This document shows positions 37,259 through 50,369 of a stretch of DNA of 64,000 nucleotides, piece after piece. A program made the position numbers and the translations under genes. The stretch is from Callorhinchus milii (Eukaryota), in contig NW_024704742.1 in NCBI RefSeq assembly GCF_018977255.1, positions 90,460,001 to 90,524,000 on the forward strand. The letters run 5' to 3'. How positions within the stretch are numbered: position 1 is the first letter of the stretch; every line of letters begins with the position of its first letter. The notes under the pieces are model-generated. The model had not been told where the DNA came from and searched no databases. It saw nothing but the letters and a program-made list of their open reading frames with translations.

Positions 37259-37559
37259 TTAGAGAACAGACTAATTACTATCCTTCTGGGGACTGGGTAG
37301 GTAAGCGGGATTTCCTTGGACCTGAGCTGGCTCCAAGGTGACATACTTGGCCATGGAATGTTAGAGTCGAGTCTAACCTCTGTGGCGTTCTCAGTAGTCC
37401 GGTTCTTGAGCCAAGTGGATCCACAGTACTTCAGGGCACTGCGGACAGCCCAGCCATCCTGGCTCATCAGTAGGACTTCGAGGAACAGAGCAGTCACTGG
37501 ATTGCAGGGATTCTTCTCACTTGGCTCCTGTTAACCCTGTAAGTAAAAGTTCCAACAGG

Positions 37560-37705
37560 CAGAGTGTACCTAGTTAGACAAACAGAGGGGAAGCTTGTCA
37601 GACAGTGCTCTCAATGGCAAGTAGCAGCTTTAGTTGGTTAGACTCCAGCAGTATCCCAACATACAAATTGAGATCTCCAAACCTTGGCTATTGCAAACTC
37701 GAGCC
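37560..37705 (+). repeat. Unclassified dispersed repeat, copy A
   Basis: AAGCTTGTCAGACAG...TCAATGGCAAG...TCCAGCAGTATCCCAAC...CCTTGGCT aligns with 46480-46620 and 45185-45250. Confidence 0.7.
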
Positions 37706-38749
37706 TATTAGAGAAATTAGAGAACAGAGGAGACTAATGCCCACCAATTACATTAAAATTTAAACTTTACATTGAAGATCGGACCATTACGACTTTTGAC
37801 ATGAGTTCCTGGTTTAAGGCTGGAAAAAATATCTATTTGCCAGGAAACAGCAGCCCATATGCTGATGAACAAATGTTGATTAAATCATATCTGGCAACAA
37901 GGTACTTTTTTTCTGCGCTCACTTCCATTCTCTATCACACCACATTGTTTTTCTCTTGGCACTGTCTAGTATCGATAATGTTTTAACATTACTGAGAACA
38001 TTCCAGTTCAGGGTGGATTAGACTGAATGTCAGATTCTTGACGGGGTTTAACATGCTCGTTCTTATTCTGTCAAATATTTCACAGAAATGATTGTGTTTT
38101 TCTTTCCCTTTTGAGAAAAAAGGCAACTGCTTTTGGCTTAAAGACGTCTATTTGTCACTGATTGAACGTGGAATTTGTTCAAGGTCTCATCAGCTCAGAA
38201 AATGTCAAGCCTCGAGCAGAGTGAGAAATGAACCCCATGACATTTGCCGACTTTAGTCTCACAGTAAATGTATCAAAGCTGGATGTGGACAAGTGACAAA
38301 TAGAATGCATGTCATGAAATATCTACGTTTTCTGTTTCAAACTCTGGTGCTGTGTACTTTAGCAAGCTCTGCCAGGCAATGTACTTACCTTTAATGTATA
38401 CCCAGCAGACTAGAGTGTTTAGCTGAAATCCTGCAGGTCCCATTCAGATTTATAGATCCAAAGCGAAGTCTTGAGTTATTACAATACTGTGTTGATATTA
38501 ACTCATTCAGTATTGATGTCCTTTGCAGTTCCAAAATTGCAGTTCAGTTATTTAATATATGTATTATATAAAATACAGTCAATTCACTTTACAATATTTT
38601 CTGGAAAGCGCTTTGAGACGTCTCCAAGATGTGATAAGACCCTCTATCAAATGCAAGGATTATTATGATTATTATTATATTTTCAAGGAAGATTATTATT
38701 ATTACTATTTGCAAAAATTGGCTTCCTTTTAAAATACCACAAGATTGTT

Positions 38750-39065
38750 TAGGATAAAAACGGCCCCTTTGCTCACTTCATCAGATTCTTCTTTAATAAC
38801 CAGCTTTCTGTCTGGGTAAATAAATACTTTGGGAAAATACTTTTCCCGCTGGGTAAATAAATACCTCCTGGGGTCTGTCCTGAAATTTCCCTTTACAACT
38901 CTAAACCTGTGTCCTCTTGTTTTGTTGCCTAAGTGCATTCCTAAAGTATTGTTCCATGTTTATTTTCTAAATCTCAATTAAAATCTTGTCTATCTGTGAT
39001 AAAATTCTCTTCTGAGAAATATCTGTTCAAGGCTTAAGACCCTTAGGTTCTCTAGTTGCTGTTCA
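38750..39065 (-). mobile_element. Old CR1 ORF2 C-terminal fragment
   Basis: Encodes NKTRGHRFRVVKGNFRTDPRRYLFTQR. Confidence 0.8.
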
Positions 39066-39689
39066 GAGCCCTTATCAGAATATCTGTCCAACTTTACCAT
39101 GATTCACCCTTGACAGTTTCCTTGGTTTACTTACTTCCATGGTCCCAGTAGTTCAGGATATTTTATGGAGAGTGTACGAATCTAAGATTACAGTCACAAA
39201 ATTCCACCTGAGGGGCGCTACACCAAGAATAGTGGAATCTTACAGTAGTTACAGGCAAAGTTATGCAGTGCTTAAAGTTCTGTAGAATGAGTGTAGAATT
39301 GACAGGATGTGAGATAAACCTCTGCTGGGTTCCCAGTTTCCTGCATGAAAAAAAATGGTTTCAGAAGATTCTATGAGAGGTTCAGATGATGAAGTCCCAT
39401 TTGATCTCATCCTTCCAGAATATCCACCCTCCTGTCCTGTTACAGGATCAAGTTATACCTTAAATAAGGCAAACTGGCCTCAACCACCCTTCCAGGTAGC
39501 AATGGAATAGTAATAGATTCTGATTTCATTCTGTAGTTCAAAACAGAATTACTGTGGGGGGTGAATTGCAATGTTCTCAAACCAGCTAAATGTGATTCTG
39601 AAAGCTACTAAAAATCAAAAAATGTCCTGAGAGCAAACAGGCGAGTGTGTTGGGGAGCTGCATTTTATTCTATGGCCTTATTCAAATGT

Positions 39690-40092
39690 TATAATCTTTG
39701 CATTTGATATTACCCCTTATAACATTGTCAAAATGTCCCAAAGCTCTTCACGGGATTTACTGTAAAGTGCAGGCAATGTGTATTTTTAGGCAAAACGCAG
39801 CATTTCATTTGCACACAGCGAAATCCGACAAACAGCCAATGAAGTGAGGGACCATTTTATCTGGGGATTTGTTGGCCAGGACACTGGGAAAAACTCGCTT
39901 CTTTTCGAGGAGTTGCCACCTGAACAGAGCAGATGGGACCTTGATTTTAACATCTCATTGAAAGGACAGTAACTACGACAATATAGCGTTCCTCCAACAC
40001 TGGACTGGAATGTCAGCCTAAACCGTGAGCTCAAAGTCATGACACAGGTCTTGAAGCAACAGCCTTCCCATTACCTACCAATCCAGGCTGAC
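39690..40092 (-). mobile_element. Old long Deu-domain SINE
   Basis: Colinear with the copies at 49145 and 52062. Confidence 0.8.
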
Positions 40093-40544
40093 AGTTTGAT
40101 AGATTCTGGAAATATCACAAGTGAAATGGACTGTAGTGGTAAGAATTCAAAAATATTGGATATCATCTGGAATGAGTAGGCTGACTGAGATGTTGGTACA
40201 CATGTTATGTAGATTGAGGTAAGAGATTTTGTATATTCATATTTTCATTTCATATTTTCATATGAAATATATTCATATTTTCATTTCTGGATTGATCAAA
40301 GAGGAGAAGTGTAACTATCGTCATTTTATCATTTTCATATTGCAACAATGTCAACAGCATCAAGAAGCAGTAATGAGAAGTGCTGCAAGGAGTTAGCACA
40401 ATAAATCAATATTTGCCTCCAGGATGTGTATATAAACCTCAGCACAAATCGATTGCTGTCTGTTTCATGGTGTACATGTCCAGTGTTCAAGTCCAAACAT
40501 TGTCCAGAGTGAAAGAGGTACAGTGTTCAGCAGCATAAATGTTT

Positions 40545-40635
40545 TATAGTTTTCTTTGGTCAGCTTTCTGACACATGCAGAAATCCGTCAGCAAGACTAA
40601 CAGTATCCAAACCAAATGAAATTCCACATACGGGT
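40545..40635 (-). repeat. Unclassified dispersed repeat, copy B (inverted)
   Basis: Reverse complement GTGGAATTTCATTTGGTTTGGATACT...TTTCTGCATGTGTCAGA...GCTGACCAAAGAAA matches 45357-45438. Confidence 0.8.
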
Positions 40636-41349
40636 GTAGGTGTTCACAATCACTAGTATATTACTACAGTACAATCTATTACTATATCACTACTATACAC
40701 TACTACTATACAATCACTACTATATCTTTACAGTAAATCTTGTGAAGTTCTTTGAGGCGGGAAAGGTGCTAACGTAAGGATTATTATAGGATTATTATTA
40801 TTAGTTAGAACAACTTGCATTTGTATAGTGCCCTTCACACAGGCAGTGTCTCGAAGCGCTCAACAGTAGTGGAGTTTGAAACTGAACTGAGGAGAGAGGG
40901 GAGTGACAATAGGCATGGACAAAGAGGAAGGTCTTCAGGTGCGATAGAATAAGTGGGCAAGATGAAGAGATTGAGGCAGAATGCCACAGATTCAGGGTGT
41001 AATGGCTGAAAGCTCAGCCGCGGATGGTGGAGTGCAGGGGACGAAGGACTTGCTATCATCATCATCCTTTATCATCCTTACATTTGGTTCAGTGCCTCTC
41101 ACACCAGGAGGACATCTCAAAGAGTTTCACAAGATATACTGCAAAGTGTAGTGACTGTGTTTTGTGGGCAAACGTGTCGAAGGCAATCTATGCATGAAAT
41201 CTTCCCTGTGTTGGGAATAGAAAACGGACTCTCCCATTCCAAAAAACTATTAAGAACAGTTTGACAAGAGGAGAGAGAGGAGAGAACAAGGAGGAGAAGA
41301 GAGAACGAAGGAGAAAGGAGGGAAAGCGGAGGTAAAGAAAGCAATCATG

Positions 41350-41515
41350 GTTTAACCCTGACGCTGTTGTCACCTGATAACTACAACAGGGTGACATGAA
41401 TAGTGATCAGAAGCTGAAACCCAGAGTGATTTTTGTCTTTGGACTGAGGCCAGTTGTCTTGTCCCAGTTGTGGCTGAGGTTAGCTCACGTGGCACAGATC
41501 TGGGTTTGAAGCTGC
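41350..41515 (-). mobile_element. Ancient SINE relic, AmnSINE2-like 5' part
   Basis: Reverse complement TTCAAACCCAGATCTGTGCC...GAGCTAACCTCAGCC resembles the head of the 60600-61280 relic. Confidence 0.4.
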
Positions 41516-43306
41516 AGCTTTCTGCTCCTTGTGGCCTTCAGCCTCTCTTCGTGAGCATTCTTAAACTGCATCAAATAGAAGCACATATTACATGTGCTTC
41601 TCAGTTAATAGTCACCCCGCACACAAAACAATTGTTGATTGCAGCACCATCTGGTGGACACGTCACCACTGTGTTAGTGTGAGACACCAGTAAGTGAGGG
41701 TTAGCACAGAGAATTCAATAATAACAAGCTTAGATGATTGATATTATCAAATCTTCTGTTGGTACTCTGTACTTAAGGAAAATAACTTGCATCCTCTTTT
41801 TCCAGTGATTTATGGACTATCAACGACTCTTCCCCTCCGCACAGCCCAACAATGTCTCTGTAAAAGTACTATATATATGTTATTACGTTGTATTATTAAT
41901 AATGTAAAAATTATCCTTAACACTCACAACAGTAAAAGAGCACAATGTAGAAACAAGAAGCGCCCAAGTCACTCAGTATGTCTAAAACTTTGTGTCACCC
42001 AGGTCCTCCTTTGGTATCCAAGAACTCCCTTCAAAAACTCCGACTCAGGCTGGTACAGTGAGCCAATGCCAGCAATCCTCTTGTACTCATAGATCCTGCT
42101 AACCAGCTTTTGAGCAAAGCTATTCAAAAAAGTGAAGGGAGTTTCTCCCACAATTCTGCTCAACAACTGCCCAAATAATATTGATCATTCACTTCCTGGC
42201 TGTTTGTGGGACATTGCTGTGTGCAAATTGACTGCTGTGTTTGCTTAAAATTCCACAGTCACTACACTTTACAGTAAATACTGTTAAGTGCTTTGGAATG
42301 TTTTGAGGACGTGATAAGCGGCAATATCAAATGCAAAGATTATAAAGTATGAATAAGGCCAGGGAGTAAAATGCAGCTTCCCATACTCAACCATGATCAG
42401 CTACAAATACACAGTCACCACACTTTAGAAAAAATCCTGTGAAGCCTTTTGAGATTCTCTCCTGATGTGACTCAAATGCAAATGCAAAGGTTATTATTAA
42501 ATCAGAGAGTAGGTCCTTTCCCTCTAATGGGCTCTGTTACCAATCATTGGAATTGTGCAAAACACAAAGGCAGATTGAACACAGGAGAAAATCACTATTA
42601 AATGAGAGAGGGGAGGGCGAGGAAGGAATAATTAAACTGAAGTGAAAGAATTATTGTAATGAATGATCTTTTTGAGATTGTTACCATGAACATAAAGGGG
42701 TCTAACATACAAAACATTTTTAACCAAAGTGAGTCACACCTACTTGCATTATGCATAAGTAGGCTTTTAGGCAGGATTCAAAGACAGATAATAATAATAA
42801 TCTTTGCGTTTGATACAGCCACTTTTCACGTTGGGATGACCTCTCGAAGGGTTTCACAGCGTATACCATGACAACAACAACAAATTGCATTTATATAGTG
42901 CCTTTTACGCTGCAAGGCCCAAGGTACAGTAAGGTTTGCATCTGAGATGTGGGCTGGAGTCAAGAAGGGTGGAGGAGGGAGGATGACCAAAGGTATTGTC
43001 AAAGAGAAAGGTCTGGCCGAGGAAATTGGGAAACTATAATGTGGACTCGGCACCATAAACCTATGCTTTGACAGTGTACTAGAGACCTAAGGTGCTGTGG
43101 TGATCTGAATATTAGTATCATGTACACACACAATATTCAGCCTGTGTACATATATAAACACAAAGCCAAACTACCAATCAAGGATCACATTTGTACACAA
43201 AGCACGCAGTCACTACACTTTACAGTATTTCTTGTAAAATGCTTTGAGATGTACTGACGTGAAAGATGTTGTATCAAATGCAAGGAATATTGTTAAGGAT
43301 TATTAT

Positions 43307-43596
43307 TGCAAGCGAGACACCTGGGTTCAATTCCAGGCAGAGGGCGAAACCTTGGGCAAGTTTCCTTACTCCACACAGAGCCTAATAATAATCCCTCCAA
43401 AACCCAAAACAATAATAAATTGGTCATTTTCAATCTACGACTGTTTGTGGGACATTGCTGTGCGCAATTGGCTGCCGCGTTCGCCCACAAATATACAGTC
43501 AATTCACTTTACAGTGTGTTCTGTGAAGCGCTTTGGGACGTCCTCCCGACGTGAAAAGCGCTATATCAAATGCAAGGATTATTATTATTATTATTA
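43307..43596 (+). mobile_element. Young SINE inserted at the tail of an older SINE fragment (about 43200-43305)
   Basis: Starts within the tRNA-like head; near-consensus core and tail. Confidence 0.95.
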
Positions 43597-44019
43597 GTAG
43601 TCTTTATAAAAAAAATCTAAAATGTAGGTCACCAGCCTGCAAAACGTTGCTATGAAGACAACCTTGTTTATTTTTAATTAGATTTTATCCCTTCTGGGCT
43701 GACTCTCCTGAGAAGCTTCATCTATATTTAACATAGTTTGTGAAATACTTCAGTATTTGTGCCATTAGAAATGTTTTCATGCTAAACCACATTCAAAATA
43801 CACAAAATATACTGTCAATTCACTTACAGTATAATCTGTGAAGCGCTTTGAGATGGCTCACAATTTGATAAGGCGAGATATCAAATGCAACAAATATTAT
43901 TAGTACTAATTCAAATCGATTCAAAACTTACAACATGGCTGAGTTAAACATACCATTCACTGCTAAGGAAACATGTCAACAATGTTAGATTTATAACAGA
44001 AAATAATCGTTGCATTTTT

Positions 44020-44420
44020 GATATCCTTGTATTTGATATTGTGCCTTTCAGGTCAGGAGGGAGGGTATCTAAAAGCACTTCATGGGAGCAACTGTAAAGT
44101 GACGTGACTGTGTATTTGTAGATGAATGCAGCAGCCAATTTGCGCACAGTAATGTCCCACAAACAGCTATCAAATGAGGAATTAATTTTACCTGGAGGTC
44201 TCGGTGAGAGCATCGGCAGAAACTCCCTTCTCTTTTCAAATTGTATTGTTTCATAGGATCTTTAACATTTACATAAACAGGCAGATCAGACATGGGTTTA
44301 ACGTCTAATCTGGAGGACGGCACCTGCAATAAAGTGTTCGTCTCTAGACTATGAGCTCAAAGCTCTGACGTGGGTGTTCAACCCAAAACCTTTCAACTCA
44401 AGAGGCAAGAGTGCAACCAC
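44020..44420 (-). mobile_element. Old long Deu-domain SINE
   Basis: Tail, Deu domain, and head ending ...CTCAAGAGGCAAGAGTGC. Confidence 0.82.
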
Positions 44421-45184
44421 CTATTTGTAAATCGTTTGGTTCTTTCATCTGTAATGGATAAACTGATTTGAATTAAGTTGCCTTGAGAGGATTTCAACAT
44501 AATTTAACATTCAATAATGTACGTCTAACATGCTTACATTGGATGCATTATACATTATATTAAGTTCCATGTATAATAATAATTTTTGCATTTGATGTAA
44601 CACCTTTTTATATTGTCGAAATGTTTCAAAGCACTTCACAGGATTTTTATTCCGAAGTGTAGTGACTGTTATTTTGTAGGTGAACACTTATATTATGTTT
44701 TCTTACATTACTAGGGCTCTACTGATTTGGAAAAATGAAAGGACAAAAGAACATGTTGCTGTAAAGTATTGGCTTCTCAGTACAGGTATCAGTGTGCTGA
44801 CTGCTTTCACTCTTTCCTACATTAATGTTGCCATGTAATAGGGCTAAGGACTTACAACAATAACTTGTATTCATATAACATCCGTTACTTAGGATAAAGG
44901 CTCGGAACACACTTCACAATGACAGAGGCAAAGGGGAAAGGCGAGAGGGAGGGACGATGGGGAAGGTGACTGTAGGGGCATTTGAAGAGGTAAGTTTTAA
45001 GGCAGGATTTAAAGAAGAGTTAGCTGAGTTCACTATTTATCTATTTAGTTTGTCTATTATTCAAAGTGCCTATAAGTGGAGTTACACCCTCCCTTAATGT
45101 ACAAACAACTAGAATAGCTGAGTGAATCTGGTTGAGACACTCGAAAATCTTTCTCTGCTTCATTCTCCACTGACTGTCTCTGTT

Positions 45185-45438
45185 TTTGGTTTTAGCTGGT
45201 TAGATCCCCCCCAACACACACCATGGGGTCTCCAAACCTTGGCTCTTCCCAACCTGCACCTAATAATCCTTGGAATTAGTAAAAACAGGATCCGTCCCTC
45301 CAGGGAGAGAGTGCACATTCCATTCCAATCAATATCTCCTGAATTTCCATGGTTACGTGGAATTCTGTTTGGTTTGGATACTCTTAAGCACGGTGATGGG
45401 TTTCTGCATGTGTCAGACACTCCGCTGACCAAAAGAAA
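45185..45438 (+). repeat. Unclassified dispersed repeat, copy C
   Basis: Shares CAGGGAGAGAGTGCACATTCCATTCCAA and CTTAAGCA.GGTGATGGGTTTCTGC.TGTGTCAGACAC with copy D. Confidence 0.85.
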
Positions 45439-45684
45439 GATCAGTTTACTTATTAATGCAGAATAAAATTCATGATGGACAAAAGCTAAAAAGGTGAAAT
45501 GTTTGATCACAAAATGAAGAATGTGAAATATGTTTATTCTGCAATGTGAGCACTTCAATGAATCAGCTCTCTACAGCACCACCTTCTGGTAATGTTTTGG
45601 AACCATGGCATACGGAAAATACCATGCAACCCAGATTTCGGTGTGATGTGGAACAAACTGTGAAATGCAGACAACGGGCATATT

Positions 45685-45993
45685 TAATCCTTGCATTTGA
45701 AACAGTGCCTTTCACCTGAGGAGGAGTCTCAAAGCGCTTCACAAGATTTATTGTAAAGTAAAACTCCCTTCTCTTTTTGAATAATGCCATGGGATCTTTA
45801 ACATGCTTGTGAACAGGCAGACAGCATCTCGGTTTAATAACTCACCTGAAGGGCAGCACCTGCAACAGTGAACCCCCCCCCCCACCACCCCCCAGTACTG
45901 TAGTGCAGTATTAGCATAGACTATGTAACTTCAAAGTCCCAATGTGCAGCATGAACCCACAACCTTCTGACTTGGAGGCGAGAGTGCTACTAC
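45685..45993 (-). mobile_element. Old Deu-domain SINE with internal deletion
   Basis: Tail, Deu domain and head (CCCACAACCTTCTGACTTGGAGGCGAGAGTGCTAC). Confidence 0.8.
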
Positions 45994-46053
45994 TGCTACA
46001 ATACTGTCCCTCCCTCAAAAACAAGTACACTTGTCAGCAACTGTGAACCATAA

Positions 46054-46372
46054 AGGAGTCTTGTAACTCAGTGGTTCGAGCACTCGCCTTGCAAGCGAGA
46101 GACCTGGGTTCGATTACCAGCAGGGAGAAACCTTGGGCAAGGTTCTTTACTCCACACGCCTGATAATAATCCCTCAAGAAAAAAAATAATAATAAAATGG
46201 GTCACTTCAATCCACGACTGGTTGTGGGACATTGCTGTGTGCAATTAGCTGCCGCATTTCGGCCACAAATATACCGTCAATTCACTTTACAGTGTATTCT
46301 GTGAAGCACTTTGAGATGTCTCGAAGACTTGATAAGGCGCTATATCAAATGCAAGGATTATTATTATTATAA
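46054..46372 (+). mobile_element. Full-length SINE
   Basis: Head, core and tail. Confidence 0.93.
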
Positions 46373-46479
46373 TAAGCATACACTCGCCACTAACACACAC
46401 AGGACTGTATACCAAGGACTAGCCTCGGGGGTGGTGGGGGGAGTGAGGGGGGCTCTAAGCCAAAGCCCTAATGGATAGG

Positions 46480-46808
46480 GTGCTCCCAGCTGGAAAAGCA
46501 GTGGAAAAGCTTGTTAGACAGCAATATCAATGGCAAGCTTTGTGGTTTTAGCTGCTTAGCATCCAGCAGTACCCCAACGCACACTCTGGGGTCCTCAAGC
46601 ATTGGCTCTTGCCAACCTGTGCATAATACTTTCTGGAAGCAGGTAAACAGGATGTGTCCCACCAGGGAGAGAGTGCACATTCCATTCCAACAATCTCTCC
46701 CTGGGATTTCCACGTGTAGGTGCAATGCAAGGAACTCTGTTTGGTTTATATATTCTTAAGCATGGTGATGGGTTTCTGCTTGTGTCAGACACCCAGCTGA
46801 CCAAAAAA
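46480..46808 (+). repeat. Unclassified dispersed repeat, copy D
   Basis: Overlaps copies A, B and C in sequence. Confidence 0.85.
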
Positions 46809-47094
46809 ACACACTTACACTCGACACTCACATATTTACACTCATTACTCACAGACTTATTCCTGACAGTGTTTGGGCCAATGACATTGGGCGCTGACAA
46901 CATCCTTCATTTTAGTTTTATTTAGCATGTTTTAGTTAGAACTGACATTGGCGCTGTAACGGACGGACCATCCTGCGGATATGGAGACAAAGCAACTAGA
47001 GTGTGACCAGCAAGGGATCACACAGAATCATAGAAACTACAGCATGTCAGAGCAGCCTATGGTGGATTTTATGCGCGTATTGCCACTAATACTC

Positions 47095-47282
47095 CCTGCA
47101 TTTGATATAGCGCCTTTTCACGATGTTGAGATGTCTCAAAACGCTTCAGATTAAAATGTAAAGTGGATTGACTGTGTATTCTATGGGTGAAACACAGAAG
47201 CCAATGACATACAGCAGTGTCCGACAAATAGTTGTGAGTTGAGTGACCAAATTATTATTTATTTTTTGGAGGGATTATTATT
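47095..47282 (-). mobile_element. SINE 3' half
   Basis: Reverse-complement tail and core. Confidence 0.8.
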
Positions 47283-48339
47283 CAAGATAATTCTTCATTT
47301 GATCTAGCACCTTATCACAATGTTGACATTTTTCAAAGTGCTTAACAGGATTTTACTGTAGAGTGCAGAGACAGGCAAAAATACACAGTTACTACATTTT
47401 GCCATAAATCCTGTGAAGCGTTTTGAGATGTCTCGACAAAGTGAATAAAACTCTATATCAAATGAAGAATTATTGTTATGAAACCTATGTTGATCCTCGC
47501 AACTCCACTGAACTTATCTGAGGTTTATCCAAATTCTGCCCTGGCATCCCATAGCATTCTCTGTTGTTTCTCTTTAACTACGTGACCTTCAACTAATTGA
47601 CCACAGAGGAAGTGACAAATTCTTCTTTTAAAAATATTTTTTATGGGCAAGATTCTCTGTTCAACTATCTGTCCCTTTTGGAACTGCACCATCATTGTTT
47701 TTTGATTTAACACTTTAAGATGACTAACTCTCTGTTCTGAACTCAAAAGAGTCACTTGGAGGAGGGAGCCTGAACATACCGCAGTGTTGGTACAAGCCTC
47801 TGCAAGGATATCCAGAGATCGTGTTTGTCCGTCACTTGGTTCAAGGGATTACCTACTGCTACACACTGCCACAAGCTCTCTGACACCCGTCCAGTTGGTG
47901 TACGTCTCACAGCAGAGCAGAGATTAGAAATTTACAATGTGGGCAACTGCAGGTGCTCTGAGTCCTACCGTTTCATTCGATACCCCAGCTCGCAACACCA
48001 CTGTGCTGTCAATTCACAAATAGATTTCAAATGGACTTTGGTATTTCATAAGGGACTTCTTTGAGTGATACATATTTCAGAGGCTGCTCCATTCAGCGGG
48101 AATTACATGAATAAATTATATTCACTCAGCAAGTGTCTGTCTAACTTGTCTTAAGACTGCGAATATGATGCCAGCACAGCTTAGCATGAAATATGAAAGA
48201 GCTGAGAACATTTTGTGCAACTTTGTTTTCTGTTCATGCACCAACATTTTGCTCGGATGAATCAATTCTTTCAGTGAAATAGTGAGAGAAGAGTTCTAAC
48301 AATGATAATAAACTAACCGATTGAGAGAGCACCTATCAA

Positions 48340-48575
48340 CTTCAAAATGTCTCAGAGCGATTCACAGGCAATTGTTGTCCAGTGCAGTGGTTGTATTTTT
48401 AGGCAAATGCGGCAACCAATTTGCAGAGAAGGTCCTACAAACACCCATGAAATGAATGACCAATTTGCCTGAGGGCCACTGGGATAAACTCTCTTCTCAT
48501 TTTGAATATTATCACAAGATCTTTCATGTCCCCCTGAACAGGCACAGGGGACCTGGGTTCAATGTCTCATCTGAA
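48340..48575 (-). mobile_element. Old Deu-domain SINE fragment
   Basis: GGCAAATGCGGCAACCAATTTGC...GGTTCAATGTCTCATCTGAA. Confidence 0.7.
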
Positions 48576-49144
48576 ATATGTTAAATTCGGTTCATTGGCC
48601 AGCTTTGGACCAAATCATTAGTCAAAGTAGTCCTTAATTATCGCTGTGTTTGGGTCATTTAGCAGTCATTAATTATCGCTCGCATTCTGCACAAGTTGAG
48701 GGGGTGGAGGAGAGGAAGAACAATGGTGATAATTAAAGTTTTGGTAATGTGGTAACTGTCATCAGTGTTAAGCATAACAACAACAACTTCCGTTTATATA
48801 GCGTCCTTCTTGCAGGCTAACATGTGGCAGCGCTAAAATTGACATTTTACCCCACTTTACTGACATTGGATCTATAGATTTATTTCAAGCTCTAATTTAG
48901 CTGCAAGTTAACAAATGTAAATCTAGAATAATGTATAATTAAGGTTAGGAGTAAATGATTCTTGAATAAAGGGGGTTTAGATGGTATCATATCTGAATGC
49001 CGAGTCATCAAAGCATCTCCTGCTAGCTTTTCTTAGAGTTTAAATTTTGTATGGATTTATTGTGTTTTCAGGCAGTTTTCATGCTGGCACAAGCAAGAGG
49101 TATTTGTGTGTCTCACGGTTTGATACACAATGAAATCCACACAA

Positions 49145-49545
49145 CTTATTACATCGTCAAAACATCTCAAAGTGTAGGATTTACCGTACTGTAAAGTGGA
49201 TTGACTGTCACCATTAATGATTGTAGAAGCCACACAGCACACAGCAAATGTCTTACAAACACATGAAGTGAACAACCAATTTTATTTGGTGGTTTGTTAG
49301 CCAGGACACTGGGTGAAATGCCCTTCTCTTTTCGAATAATGTCAAGGGATTTTTAGCTTCCAGCTGAATAGCCAGATGTGACCTTGGTTTGACGTCTCAG
49401 CTGAAGGATGGTACCGCTGACAATGCAGTACTCCCCCAGCACTGCATTGGAGTGTCAGCCTAGACTATGAGCTCAAAGTCCTGACGTGCGGCTTTAACCC
49501 GCAACTTTTTGACTCAGGTGTGAGAGTGCTACCAACTGAGCTAGG
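49145..49545 (-). mobile_element. Old long Deu-domain SINE
   Basis: Deu domain, and head ending GAGAGTGCTACCAACTGAGC. Confidence 0.85.
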
Positions 49546-49904
49546 CTCGTACCTACGTGCTGGTGCATTGAACTTGGTGAGATTCTTAACAATGTCTCCA
49601 AAGAAGCTGTTCTTATCAAAATAGTGGTTTGCTTGTGGTGTCAGAGGACACTGAAAGGCTGCTGTTGTGGGGAGCTGAGGTAGCTCTCACTAATGGAGAG
49701 ATAAGGAAAAAGTTTGCGGAATTCCTGAATCATTCCTTAAAAAAATTTTAGGAGCACATTTTGGAATATCAATAGGCAACAGCCCTCTTCAGGCAAGTGA
49801 TTTCCTGTAAGCACCGTCATTTTGTTCATCCCTGAGGCGAGCAATCCTATTTTGCAACTTGTAGGCCCTACATCAAGGGCTATTGTTTTTTTGCTTAATA
49901 TTAG

Positions 49905-50126
49905 CTTTCCAAGGTCCCTTCGCCTCGCTTCCTCCCTGGTCTCCTTCAAGGCCGGTCTCAAGATCTTCCTCTTCGGTCGTGCCTTTGGTCGCCCTCCCAT
50001 CCCTCTGCCTTCCCTCACCCCTACCCCACCCCCATGCTCAGGTCCTGACCCCTGACTGTCCAGCACCTTGGGACCTCATCCCGATGTGAAAGTGCTCTAT
50101 AAATGTAATTTTGTTGTTGCTGTTGT
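49905..50126 (+). mobile_element. L2 3' end
   Basis: Encodes SLRLASSLVSFKAGLKIFLFGRAF, followed by the tail and (TTG)n. Confidence 0.9.
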
Positions 50127-50369
50127 TCCAAGGTTTATTTGCCTAAGATAGCCCAAATCCTTGTACTCCTTTGCCAATTTTTTTAAAAAAAACGATCAGT
50201 CTGGATGCTTTGGACTAGCTCCATTTATCACTGAAAATTACCTTTAACATTCTTAAGTGAGCTATGAGGTTGCAGCATTAAAATCACCTTGAGGAACAGC
50301 AACCAAAATGATGATCTAATTTGAATTAGCAAACGTACCCATAGTTCATGGAGTAGAGATCCATTGAAT

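Noticed and set aside
40230..40290. Short AT-rich duplication/palindrome (TATTCATATTTTCATTTC repeats)
   Set aside because: Consistent with simple slippage; no further structure.
43244..43597. Recurrent ORF family ending ...[12 protein letters not shown] (many copies in the track)
   Set aside because: Chance open frame of the SINE consensus, not a gene family.
45185..46808. Copies C and D as paired LTRs of one retroelement
   Set aside because: No TG...CA ends, primer-binding site or polypurine tract were evident, the interior is mostly SINEs, and further copies, one inverted, lie nearby.
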